Assembly: GCA_028023455.1 (NCBI GenBank)
Contig: JAQFVV010000009.1
Coordinates: 7,564,001 to 7,628,000 of the forward strand
DNA: 64,000 nucleotides
Reading direction: 5' to 3'
DNA from: Epiperipatus broadwayi
Taxonomy: Eukaryota; Animalia; Onychophora
Shown here: in pieces, positions 21,764 through 34,999 of the stretch
Position numbering within the stretch: the first letter of the stretch is position 1
Layout: each line of letters opens with the position of its first letter
The notes under the pieces: generated by a model
What the model saw: the letters and a program-made list of their open reading frames with translations, nothing else
Database searches by the model: none
Told to the model about the DNA's origin: nothing
Translations under genes and position numbers: made by a program

Positions 21764-24700
21764 AACTATCTTGTTTGATTAGTAAATAGATATGTAGTTA
21801 TTCTTAAAAGATAAAACAAAGATCTGTAAGCAATAGGCAAATTTAGTATGTTTTGCAATCTTTTTGTCCTTATCAGAATTGTTGAATACATCTCTACTCT
21901 GCAATAGAGTATTAAAAGATTGTTTTCCTTTATACATAAGTAGTTACATATATTAATCTAACAAAATTATTTAAACATAAAATGTAAAGGATTATTTTTA
22001 TTCTTTTTTTGTTATTTTATTTAATACCTAAAAAAAAAAAATCAATTTCAAATATGTTTTATTAATTTTTGATAAAAAATATACATTTTTAATGATTGAT
22101 GATTTTCAAATCTTTTTTCTTTATGAAAGCTAAGTTAAGATCAATATTATTTTTAAAAATGTTTTAACATCACAACAAGTGGCTAGATAGAATTAGTGAT
22201 ATTTAACATATACACATTTGAATTAAAAGTTAATTCTAAGTAGTTAATTCATTTGTAACTAATGAGATCAGTAATAAAAAAACAAAATTTTAATTTTTTA
22301 GTTATATTGCAATCAATATGCACTACTGCAAATGATAGCAAAATATTAAATTTATTCCTGATTGCTATTTTTTTCTGGTTAAGAAATGTGCTTAAAATTA
22401 CTAAAAGTTTAATATTTAGATATTATATCTTTTGCACTCTAATATTTATTGAATATTTAGTTTTATAATAGATGAATCTATAAAAAATAGATTGAATTAT
22501 TACTTCTAAAAGCCTGTAATGAATGTAAGCAGATAACATCATAATACATATTGATATCTTATATTCTGTGAAGCTATTGAGATTTTTATCATATTATTTT
22601 GCTTAATCATGAGAAGTCATTGTAATGAATGCTAAGAAATAGAAAATCTTGTATTTGTCATATTAATATTTTAAATAGCTTAGTTAAACATGTAATGAAG
22701 ATGCCAAGTCATATAAAAATGCTCCAACCATTTTTATATCCATTATATGATATATATATATATATGTGTATATATGTAGATATTAGTGTAAGACAAGAAG
22801 AATAACAAAAAGTAAAAACAATTTATTTTTATTTGTCACAATCAAATAGAACTCATCTAAATTTGTCATTAAAAATAATCTTTATGGTATTACATACTGT
22901 TTTTACATCTATGGAGAAGTTTTTTTCTATTTCTCTGGAGATAGTTTTTGATTGTTCTTAAAGTTCTATGTATATTACTTCTTCCATCTTATCACTTGTT
23001 CTTCAAATTTCAGTCTACCATTATATTGTGCTGTTATTTTTTATAAATTTCAATAGAAGACATTAATCCTGGTACTTTGTTAAGTTAGAGAAAATAAAGA
23101 TTTCATCCATGATTAGGCAACCCATTATAGTGTGTTCGACATGCAATGTATTGCTGATTGTCAACTATTGCTATTTGTAATTAGTTTCATTAAAAATTGT
23201 CATTATATTTTTCTTTTTCTTATTAATGTGTCACTAAATTTTTAACTGCTTTTTGATTTGGTAGTTTTATTTATTCCAAAAATTTTAATCAAAATATTTT
23301 GTCTTTTAAATTTGAAAAATATTAGAAAACATAATGTTAACATGTTTCTGAAATTTTGACAAAAATGTTAGCAAATTAAATTAGAAAATATTTAAGAATA
23401 TAATGGTATTTTTTTCAATCAATTATTATTATTATTTATTAATAATATTTATATTAACTGATTGATTTACAAATGCTACATCCAACAGGAAGGATAAGAT
23501 TGAGGCTAAATTTATAGATACATTGAGCAATAGGTACAATTTTCAAAGTATTACTATGGTTAAAAGTATGATGGAACAGAACTTATTTTACTATAATCAT
23601 TCTAGACCTTTGATACCATTATGAAAAGCAGTGCATAAAATATACAATCTGGTTTGGAATAATAAAAGCTATTGATAATCTTATATATGTTTAATCACTT
23701 AATGTGGAAACATGCCTCTGGTATAATGATCAGAGAAGCAAAAAATATATAAATATTTTTGTAGTCATTGTTAGAAATACAGAAAATAGTGGCAAAATTA
23801 TTATATTTAAATATTTATTTTAATATATCTTGTTTTCTGATATTTTACTTGAGATGTCTATATCTTTTAAAATATTAAAACAAACAAACAAATTAATCAC
23901 TGGATTAATAAACTATTCAAGGTGTTGTTTATATTAATATTGTTTGATTTAGCTTACACAAACATAATATAGGCACTTAACAGTTGTTTTTTTAAGTTCT
24001 TATAAGGATAGTCAATCTGAAAAATCATCTTATAAAAGTAATATCCAAACTCACATAGATGCAAACAAAGCTTCATTAAATTCGTTTGAAGTTGAATTGT
24101 TAATCATATTTTGTTTAAATATGTGTTTGTTTGGATATTTGCTCTTAGTAATAAAGGTCATTTATAAAATTAGCTATTGTTATAAGAATCCAGATATGTT
24201 AATGCAAATGATTATTTTATGTTTGCATAAGCTAAATCAGACAATAGAAAGCAGCACTGTATTAATAGAGTAAATATATAAATTCAACAAACTTCTATCA
24301 ATTGTTTAGCTTCAATACTTTGCAGCATAATTTTGTTTGAAAATAGAGGAAAGAATGGATCTAAATATATTCATGTAATATTTATTATTAAAACATGTTA
24401 TTCTATTCATTACAAAATAATAAAAAATAATTATATGATTAGCTGCTTGAGATCAAATGTTGTTTGCACATCTCCATATATATGCCTAACTCTTATCCAA
24501 TATTGGTATTATTTTTTAAATAACCATTGCTACCTAGTTCATCTCATGTTTATATGTTTGTTTTTTTTAGATGAAGGAACATAAAATAAGTAACTTTTCA
24601 GGTCACAAAATGGTTCAGATCTAAATTCTATTTTTAAAATAAAATTATTTGCTAGGTGAAGAATTTATTTATTATATTAAATGCCTGGAATTATGTTGAT

Positions 24701-25164
24701 TTTAGTTAGAATTCAGGTAAAATGGAATCAACTTTGAACCCTTTTTGTAGCACTGCTCTACAAAAAGATCATGTGATCCTCACACATAGTCCACCTATAC
24801 AATAGTTATTATCTACTACCAGTCATGTCTATGATATTACATCATGACAGAACATAAAACATGGAGCATGTGAAAAAAGCTTGTAGCACCCCCCCCCAAT
24901 CTATTAATATTATAGCAGAATGGACCACTAAACTCCACATTTTAATGCAAAAAATTGAATTGATATATCTAAATATTATTTGAATTCTTAAAAAAGGCAT
25001 CGTTACAATTTGTGAGCCAGATTTATAAATGATTTATATCAAAACAAAACAAAAAAGTCATTAACAAGCACATAACTCTGCAACCAAAAGTATATTTAAA
25101 AACTATTTTTAAATATAATCTAATCAATTGTTGACAGAAAATTCTATTAGCACAAGATATTTAA

Positions 25165-27160
25165 ACACGCACAATTCACAATCGGGAGGTATTTCTGTCT
25201 CTCGATGGTAGAGTGGCTCCAGGATTTCGGCCCTGCATTTCCATTCCTCAGGGCTCACCACGAAGTTCTCTTCTCTCCACAGTCTATCTGAACCCATTAC
25301 TGCTAAGCATTGAGGCTGTCTTTCCTGGGATAGCCATCCCTATGCTGAGGGAGAATATTCGCTATATTTCCTATATGGATGATGTGGTGGTGTTCCTCTC
25401 ATCTCAGAATGAGTTCACTAGGCTTGAGGAACTTCTGGACCAATTTTCTCACAGAGCAAACAGAACAAAATCAGCCATATGGTCAATTCTATCAGGCAAG
25501 CAAATACCAGGTAGATTTGAAGCCCTCCTCAGAAATTTCTCAGCTTCCCCCTAGCCTCCCCCCATCCATTATGAGAAGAGAACTCAGCTAAGGTCAATTC
25601 TACAGTAACATCACTATCTAAGGTCTACCTGTCCTTATTGGGGAAGGAAGCACTACTTAATGTGATAGAATTGCCCAAAATAACATATTATCTAGCAGGA
25701 TTTTCCCCTACATGCAAGTTTATCCAAAAAATTGAAACCTTATGCAGAAAACTTTGCTGGGGAGGTAGGACTCCCATCATCAGCCTCAACATATTACAAA
25801 AAACCAAACTTCTTAATGGCCTTGACCTTCACTCACTGAAGATTTTTTTTATCTCCAATGAACTCATAATATACTATTCAAGATTTTTAAGGATAATCCC
25901 GATATGGAGTGCCCCTTCCCCAAGGAAAAGATAGAGCCTACCGATCGACCTCTGCCTAGATTAAGAAGCATTTGGCTACAAAAGCAAGTTACAATGATTT
26001 TTCAAAACTTCCAGTCATCGGGTTCCCTTTTTCAGGGGAAATTATCATATTGGGAAGTTTTTCGATTAATGTTTCCTGGGAAAACTAAATCCGTTAATAT
26101 ACTTCCAATAGGAATCGCTCGATTTTCCAAATTAACAAAATTCATCAAACTGAGTCCAAAATTTGTTGATTTTTTAATAAAAATCATCCTTGGAGCACTC
26201 CCCACTGGGGCCTTTCTTCACTACCAAAGGGGTTACAACATCAACCCCCTTTGCCCCCTATGTAACAAACAGGAAGAGTCAATTGGACACATTCTGGATC
26301 AATGTGATTCATGGACTTATCTCCATAATATAGCATTGGACTGGATAAATGGCAATGACCCAACTAACATTTCTCTTAATGCAGCAATTAAAAAGGGTCA
26401 ATTTGGAACAATAACACTGGCCACTTTCATTAACTTCTCAATTTGCACTGCCAGATGTAACATGATATTTGATCATGGCTGTGATGACTCGATGATTAAT
26501 CGATTTTTTAAATCCCTCTACAAGATAAAAGAAGAAGATAAACGAACTTGTCAGCCTTGGGTAATGGATCAAACCTGGAGCCAGATGAGGCTAGAGTCCT
26601 AATTCATGTGTTTCTTAGGCCTAAAACTGGAACTTTCTCCCATCCACTGAACAAATAATATATCCCATCTTTCACTTAAGAATAATCTAACTTTAACTAT
26701 GAAGATCTTTCATACATCCTATACATTTAATACACAAACTTTGTATTAATTGCATACTATGCAATTAACTTACCTATATCAACTTATAAATATTGTTATA
26801 GTTATCTTTACTCTTTGGGCCAGGATAATCATTAATCAATGGAATTTCCAAACCTTATACATAGGTTTGACTTACTTTATATTCCTAACTAATTAAGCTC
26901 ATGACACACTGCCTTAAGACATTAATATAATCTTTGATTTTATTTATATTTATTTATGTTTCTTTGATACTTGCATTAATTAACCATCATGAGTTTCTTA
27001 TGCTGCTCTTAAGACTAAATTATTGGTCTAATACAACTTTTGATATTTCTATATATATGGGTTAACCACATTTATATGTATACATTAAAACTTTCTTATT
27101 GACAATTTTATCCTATCATTGATTGCTTTTGTATCCACTCTAATGTATAAATAAAGTTTA
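25165..27160 (+). mobile_element. 5'-truncated L1/Tx1-like LINE with a YMDD RT motif
   Basis: SIPQGSP, ISYMDDVVVFL (YMDD at 25372-25383), NGLDL, the C-terminal LPTG...CPLCNKQEESIGHILDQC and ARCNMIFDH (ORF 25904-26602). AT-rich 3' UTR. Retains CpGs. Confidence 0.9.
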
Positions 27161-27899
27161 ATTTTGAAAGTCAATAAATATTTATCAGTTCACCTAATAT
27201 ATTTCTTTAAAATAGAAGTGGCCAATGATTTTGCAATTCATGTACCAATTTTTTCATCTACAACATCTCATGTGCTTTACAACTTTTTGTTGCTATTCAG
27301 TTTTTGTATAATATATACTATCAATAATTATGCGCTTTAAACGCTCGTTAAAGAAGTTATATTTATTAATAATAATTTATTTAAAAAAAAAATATTTAAC
27401 ATTTTTTCATAATATAATAATGTAACAAATTTTTTCTCTGTAATATATTATTTAAGAAAAGTGTTAAAATGTAAATATAGCTTCAATTAATGACACTTTT
27501 CAGTTTAGTTTTTGTTTAAACCAGATTTTTAATGTTTGAAATGAAGCAGAACATTTTTCAAATTTGAATATCTCAAATGTGTTCTTGTTTTGATTTTTAT
27601 CATTTTCACCATAAAAATAATTTTTATAAAAAACAAAATTGCAAGGCTTCAAAAGATGAACAATTACAAAATGAAAGTTAAAAACAATAATGAGCTTACT
27701 TTAGTTTAGTCCTCAATATTAGATTATTATGAATGTGGAACTTTTTTTTTTTTTAGTTTAACTCAGTGAGTTTGAATTTTTGTTATATTTTTTTTTATTA
27801 ATAATTATTACAGCATTACTTTACAAGCCTAATCAGGAGTTTAGTGTTCCAAAATTAATGCATCAGTGCACCAAATTTGGTGAATGTATTATAGATAGG

Positions 27900-29600
27900 C
27901 TGATCTAAATATTACTATAGTAATAAATAAGTAAAAGTTAACCAATCGGAAAGTCATAAAGACTATATTACATTCAAGCTCTAGAAATTAAAGAAAAGAG
28001 TTGTGGTTTGTGATCTTTCGTTCTCAGGTTTGCCACTTGACCTCTACTAAACTAGGCAGGATCATATTAGGTATAATAAACATATCTTATCAGTCAGATT
28101 TTAAAAAAAGTATAAAAGATTAAAAAAAAACCCAGCAAATAATAATCCAAATCATTTACATTCCTAAGTAATGGATTCAATCTAGATATGTGGGTACTTA
28201 TATTAATCTGTACATCAATTTACACACGGAAATAATTCGATGCTTTATCTTTTTACTATCATAAAATAATCGTAATACTGATATTAGTTATGTATATTCT
28301 GATAGCGATTTTTTTTTCTATTTAATAAAATAGAGACAATAAAATTTATAAATTCTAATGTGATTTTTTTTATATATCGATTTAAATGGCGACAAAATAA
28401 TGTGTTAAATAATAATGTTAGTTGATAGTACCTTTTTAATTACCTGTTCTGGAAATGTTATCTTTCGCCTATAATTGTTTGTTTAATGAGTTTTATTTCT
28501 TGACTACCGTCAGCCACTTGATAGAGATAAATTATAATTAAATTTTATGCAGTATTTACAGTGGGAATGGAAAGGAGGAGGGGAATTATTTTTGTTGCTG
28601 AGGATCTGTTTTGAGTTCGTAAATTGTTTTTTCTTTTTCTATCATGAGAAATGCTGCTTTAATTGATAATGAATTCTAATAAGATACGTTTATTTTAAGA
28701 GAGAGAAGAGAGAGATAAGTTTGTTGGTTATAAATAAGTTTATACAAACTTAATTTGAACTGTAGTTTTAAGACAAAATAATTGCAGAATTAAAAATCTC
28801 GTTTGATATATGTGAATACACTCTCATAAACAAACGATTCTTAATTTTATTAGTCCAATTCTTTCCCATGGAACAACATATTTATATATTAGATGGGGGG
28901 GGGGGGGGGTTAAGTAAAAAAAAAAAGCATTTAATTTTTTTTTAAAAAACTATTTTTTGCTTATGATGTCGCTAAGTTAGAAAGAGCAATGAATGATTAA
29001 GGGTTATGATGAAAGAAAACTAAACTTTTAGAAAGTTTAAAATTAGTTGATGTTGTTTAAAAGGTTTGTGCTTTAATTAAAAGATGCAATTTTATGTTTT
29101 AAAACACAAATTGAGTAGTATATATTTTAATGACAAAAAGAGCTCATTAAAGTTTGTGCGGGTATTATTAAATATTGAAATGACTGAATAAATTGAATTA
29201 AAGACATATAGGCAGTGACTGCCACTGATGATGATCAAATATCACTTGCTTGTAATACTTTATTATTTAAATTACTTCAACTCACTTTGGCACATAGAAC
29301 TCAAAATATTGATATAAATTTAACATATTTACTTGCCACCCGATCTTCAAAAATTCCCATCTCATTACGGTATTTTCTTTTGAATATAATCTTCCTGATT
29401 TCTGTATCTTTAAAACATTGCAGATTTTCAACATTAAATAGTCTCTTGAGGACCTTTTTACCATCTTTTGGTAAGAGTTGGGTGATATTGTGTGAGTACC
29501 CTTATTCAACATGTTACTTATTTGCTAATTGTGAGATTTATATGGAATTCCTGTATTACTCGACATTTTCACTAATATACTCTAACTAGACACCCATTTA
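27900..29600. promoter_or_regulatory. CpG-retaining island with GA-rich and poly-G tracts, candidate promoter
   Basis: About 19 CpG counted by eye. GAGAGAGAAGAGAGAGA at about 28700 and a G run of about 15 nt at about 28895-28909. Confidence 0.4.
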
Positions 29601-29803
29601 TCAAGTAATGTTGTATATTTAAACTGAAATGGCTATAAGTCATCCTTCTGAAAAATAATTCTGGAATTTATTTGAAATTTTAAGCTAACTGATAGAAGTT
29701 TTAGCTTAAATTATCATGTTATAAGGAAGGGAATTAATATTTACCATCAGTAATATTTAATTTAATACACTGTACAGGCTTACACACACCTGCACATATA
29801 TAC

Positions 29804-30126
29804 TGTAATATATAAGGGATTCGAACTCAGACTTTCACACGACTCTCAGCTCTCCATGCCATCTCATATTGCTGACCCATCTGAAGAGTTGTGGTTTGGA
29901 GTAGTTTAAAGCCTGTCCATTAAAATATGAAGATTGGCTATCTTAATATAAAGCTGAGTATATGTGTGGAGATAGTAATCTGGACTAACTGATGATTGCT
30001 TGTTTAGCATAAAATATGTATATTGGTGATTCAACATGTGTGTGATCAAGTGGGTCAGCAATATGAGAAGGCATGGAGAGTTGAGAGTTGTGTGAAAGTC
30101 TGAGTTCAAATCCCTTATATATTACA
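29804..30126. mobile_element. 323-bp MITE-like element with 76-bp TGT...ACA terminal inverted repeats
   Basis: 29804-29879 versus 30051-30126 match at 72/76 as reverse complements. No clear TSD. Confidence 0.85.
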
Positions 30127-30290
30127 TCAGTTATATTATAAGATTCATATTTGTCAAATGTTTACAGATAATTTTAGGCTGTATATAAAAAAAGTTTTAC
30201 ACAGCCATAGACTTGGATGATACTTTACATTTTTCTAAAATAATTTTGTCAGAGATATTCAACTTTTATCAAATACAGGCAGTTAGTTAC

Positions 30291-30733
30291 CTTCTTATGT
30301 AAATCTGACTTACATGATTCAAGACTTGCATAAATATTTCCCAGCACAGAAAATGCAAAAGAAAAAAGAAAAAGAAATATATAAAAAAAGATATATATTA
30401 ATACAGACTCATACTATTAGAACACCTCTTATGGTACATAATTGAGCTTATTTCTGTTAAAAAAAATTATTTCATACTATCTGACTTAAAAGACATAGAT
30501 AGTTTTACTTATATATATATAGAAAATGGTATATAAAAATCTGGAAGATATTTAAAAACTGAATGAACTAAAAAAGAGATTGGGAAACGTTTGTCATAAG
30601 TTATGGTAGGTTGGATTATTTACATTGTATGTTAAATGAAAATCCAACAATAAAAACAGATGGATTTGATCTTACCTAGATGCATCTGGAGTCTCATCAA
30701 TAGATTCAAGAAACTCATGATCATTGTTCTCAT
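30291..30733 (-). CDS. Two candidate minus-strand exons (30676-30733 and 30291-30324), product unknown
   Basis: AG/GT-bounded (donors gtaaga and gtaact, long pyrimidine tract before the second) and phase compatible: DENNDHEFLESIDETPDAS-S-LESCKSDLHKK. Confidence 0.3.
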
Positions 30734-32346
30734 CTGCTTCATAAATGAAATTTAATAGTCACTGATTTATGACATTAAATGTGACCGAAGTTATGAAACA
30801 CATAGCTAATGGTTATCAAATCTACAGCTACAATGGTAGACATATCTTAATTGAATCATTATTGAATCTGTCTCATGGTTGGAATCTTTTTGGTTTCTTT
30901 ATGACACTTTATTAATAGTTAAGCTATCTAAAAACACCCACATGCTAAATAAATAAATAAAGTTACATTGCCAACATTTTTATTGAAAGTTTATTTATTT
31001 TTAAAAAAAAAAAACAGTATTATCAAGATAATTCAGTTAATAAAAGTGTATAGTTTTATTTTCTATTTTTTATTGTCTGAATCAATCATCACCGAAAAAC
31101 TTATACAAAATTAATATAATTAATTGACAACTCGCAAAAGTAGTTCTGTCTCATTGAGGTAAAAAAAAAAAAAAAAAACTGAATTTCTTAATAAAATGAA
31201 ATTTCTGTAAGCTTTACAATATTTTTTTTTTCTAATTAAAATTTTTAATATACAAACCAATTTAGTATTCTTTTTGTGATTATTTGAGGTATCCAATAGT
31301 ATCAGACATTGAACAAAAGCGTAAACTGTTATGTTTAAAACATAGTTTTATCCTCAATCCACTTTGTAAAAAAAAAATTCAATAAATATTTTTTATATGA
31401 TTTTTTAAGAAATACTTTTATATTTCAAATATTATAAAATCACTTTATCTTTGTTATTTATTTCTGATTCTTAAAAATCTTCAGTATTTTTCTTCTTAAT
31501 CATTCAAATTTTTAAATTGTACAAAATTACTTATCAACATGAAGGCATTTCCAAGTTTACAATTCTTCATTTACTTATTATTTTGTAAGTATTTAAAAAA
31601 CTTAGTATTGTTCTCTGTCTTCCTAATCATAAAGTTTCTTTATACATTTTCCTTTCATTAGATCTTTTTTAAATCAAAATTTATTACAAATTTCAGCAAT
31701 TTTGCCTATGTCCTTATTATTGGTAAATTAATAATGCATGGTATTCTATTCCAGCACTATGATATTATATACTTGAGCATTCAATGATCATCAGATGAAA
31801 GTATTATGTCCGCATCCTTACTGAGTAAATCTAGTAATTAGTGGCTGATTTGAAAATGTAAACTTAGAAAGTTGGCTCTGGAATAGAGTATATAGAACAA
31901 TTTACTACTTCTGATGCAATTGTTTAAAATTAAATAGAGAAAGCCATGTGATGCTTTGATTTGAATTGATAATTTTTCTCTAATAAATTTGGAACAATAA
32001 CCATTTTCATTTAATATCATATTTTAAAAAAAAGCATTAAAGAGGACTTGAAATAAATAGTAAACACCTATCATATATATTTATTTTATGGATTTTTCTT
32101 TCCAGTAGTTCCTTCAATGAAATTTGCTGTTTGCTTATCTGATTTATATACAACATTACAGCAACTACTTCTGTCAAGATTACTTTGAGTCTACAGCATT
32201 TCATATAGAATCTTATTAATAAAAATTCATGTTGCTATTCTTAGTCTGAGAGTTTATTTAATCCTTTTTTAAAAATTCTACACAGATAATAGCTTTTAAT
32301 TTTTACAGTCTGTCATTATATTTACATTTTTTTATTATAACTTAAC

Positions 32347-33150
32347 CAAGAGATACCCTACTTGTAGCTTGCAAGCCAAATGTGGCTGCACAATCTTTTA
32401 TTATGGCTTATTTTGTGAACTTAATGATGCAACAGTTCTAAGCAGTTCTACTTTCATATTACTGAAGCAGAACATGGTGTTTTAGTTACTGAGAGAGCAG
32501 TTAGATGAGTTATTTTGTACTCAATGAATTTTCAAAGTTGTGCAACAACTGATAGGTGGTTTCATCCAAGTATGAAATATATGCTTGATATATGTATGTT
32601 AATAATTAATATACAGTATTAATAATTATTTTGTAGTTACCCTAATTATGTCTGCATATGAGTGAAAAAAAAAAAGAATAAATATTTATACAATTGTCAT
32701 TTTGGTGAGGAATAGGAAGAAAAATATTTTTTTATTTAAGAACAAATGTATTTGTTTGATTTGTGGTTGCTTGTGGGAAAACATTCAACATAGAGCAACA
32801 TTTTACAACAGTTCATAAAAAATGTGATACTGAATATTCTTCTAACAGCAATTTAAGAAAATCTAAAGTGAAAGAATTGAAAACTGCATTAGTTGCTGAG
32901 CAATTGATGTTTACTAGGATTGTGAATAAATGAAGGCTATTACAATTGCATCATTTAAGATTGCACATATACTTTCAATGCACAAAAATATTTTTTGAGG
33001 ATAGCAAAATAATTAAAAAAGCACAGCTTGCTGCATTAGAGATATTATATCAATAATTTAAAAATAAGAATAGAAACAATATCTGAAAATATTAGAGCAC
33101 AAGTGAAAATTGATTTACAAAAATACATTTTTTTAATTTTACAGGAAAAA
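32347..33150 (+). mobile_element. Left end and transposase N-terminus of a decayed hAT (Charlie/Buster/SPIN-like) DNA transposon
   Basis: Subterminal GCAAGCCAAATGTGGCT motif. Frameshifted KNKCICLICG...FNIEQHFTTVHKN...NLRKSKVKELKTALVAEQLMF...IASFKIAHIL, as in GTF2IRD2/EPM2AIP1-type transposases. Confidence 0.78.
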
Positions 33151-34999
33151 ACCTTTATCTACGATATGAAGTCCAACAAAAAAAAATTAGATTTTACTTC
33201 ATTATCATTATTATTTTTTAGTTTTAGCAAGTAGCTATGATGCATCACAAGATATCATTTTATTGTTGAAATATTATATTTCAGGAAGATTGTATTTTTT
33301 CACTTTTAGTTGTACATAGGCTGCACTGTCAAAAGTCATCTTCATAAAAAAATTTGTCTTAACCAGAAAAAAAAAAAAGCACTGAAAAGCACTTTTTAGT
33401 TATATAATTTTTTTATATAAGTAGTTTATTCTTAGGTTGTGAATAATTTGTTTTATTTATACCCATCTCTTTTTTTCTTTAATCCCAGACAAGTTCATGC
33501 ACATTAGTATGATTGTGTGACTAAATATGACAGAATCTTCAAATAATGCCAATGAGAAAATCTCATAAAAAAAGGTGAATGAATGCTCTGGATAAAGATG
33601 AGTGAAACCTCAAATTATCAGTCTTAATTCCTTATATATAGCCTATCTGATGTCTGACAAAAGCATATTTTCCCTCTATATCAAACCCTTCTTAAAAGTT
33701 ATTTTTATCTAGTGATAATTACCACCAATTTACTGGTTCTTTAATTTTCTTTGAGTCCATTTAAAAACTAACTATAAATTAATTCCTTAATTACAAAAGC
33801 TTAATTAAATACATTTAATTATATATTTTTTGTATTAACATTTATTTTTTCTTTTTAGTTAACTATATATAAAGTGAATTTTTCACTGTCTTTTCTGATA
33901 CATTTATCTAAAAAAATACCAAACTTTTTACCGTTTTGATAAGGTCTTAATTCCATATTTTTATTACTAATTTTTCTAAATATAGTTTTTACCCTTTATC
34001 TCTTCTATTCAAAAGCATAAAAATTTCAAATATATCCACAGCTAAAGAAATAAAAAGTACATTAATGTGGAATCCCTTAGGATCAATAATTGTACATATT
34101 ACACAATATAGCAATATGCCTACTTACTAATTTGCAGATTATTTTTTTACCTTAACTAACATTTTATATATTTTGAAATCAGTTTAGGTGACTCAATATT
34201 TATTAAATGGTGTAACTATGTGTGATCATTATTAATAAAAATAACTTTTGGTAAGTAAGTTCTCAAGTACTTTATTTAGGTATTTATTTTTTACCTATTA
34301 AGTATAAAGTTTTTAATTATTTAAAACTCCGAGTTCTTTATGATTTTGAATATAAATTTGAATTGTCATATCATATGTGGTGTTATCAACAATTAAAAAA
34401 AAAGATGACATCATGCAATATATGGTAGAATTACACCAAGAGTTGTATTCAAATTTTATGCAAATATCTATTTTTATTTATTCTTTTATAAATGTTACAA
34501 GCTTCTTTAACAACTATTGCTATGAATATGACTATGAGTTAGTCAAAACCATGCTTAGCATACCATGTTGTTAAAGTATTAAAGCAAGCTTTTCTTTACA
34601 TACATTTTGAATGTATTTATTTTAAATTACATTGTTCTAAGAAAAGTTTTTAAAAGATTGAAGTTACAATTTAAAAAAAAAAACAAGTAAACAAAGTAAC
34701 TTTTATAATTATAATATCTTATGAAATGCCAACTATTTAAAAAAACAGATGAGCCATGCAATTAAATCTATGAATAATAAAAAAAAGTTTGAAGAAATAA
34801 TAGAATTATTATCAGTATCTTGAAGAAAGAAATTGAAAAAAATAGAGAAATTATTTAAAAAACTGTATACCAAAATATTTTACCCTTTACACTTTCTTTA
34901 ACACTTTAACAATACTATTTTTTATATCAAAAACTTTATTCTAACAATTTTGATCATCAGAGCTACAATATCCAAAAATATAATTATAAAATTAATACA

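Noticed and set aside
22516-22710. Three TGTAATGAA motifs as a decayed C2H2 zinc-finger array
   Set aside because: Spacings of 105 and 70 nt do not fit the 84-nt finger period, the frames differ and there are no His pairs.
24741-24767. 10-bp-stem hairpin as a Helitron 3' end or terminator
   Set aside because: AT-rich stem with no CTRR terminus at the expected distance, and bacterial terminators do not apply.
29224-29250. CTGATGA followed by a TGAT/ATCA hairpin, hammerhead-like
   Set aside because: No GAAA follows the stem (CTTG instead).
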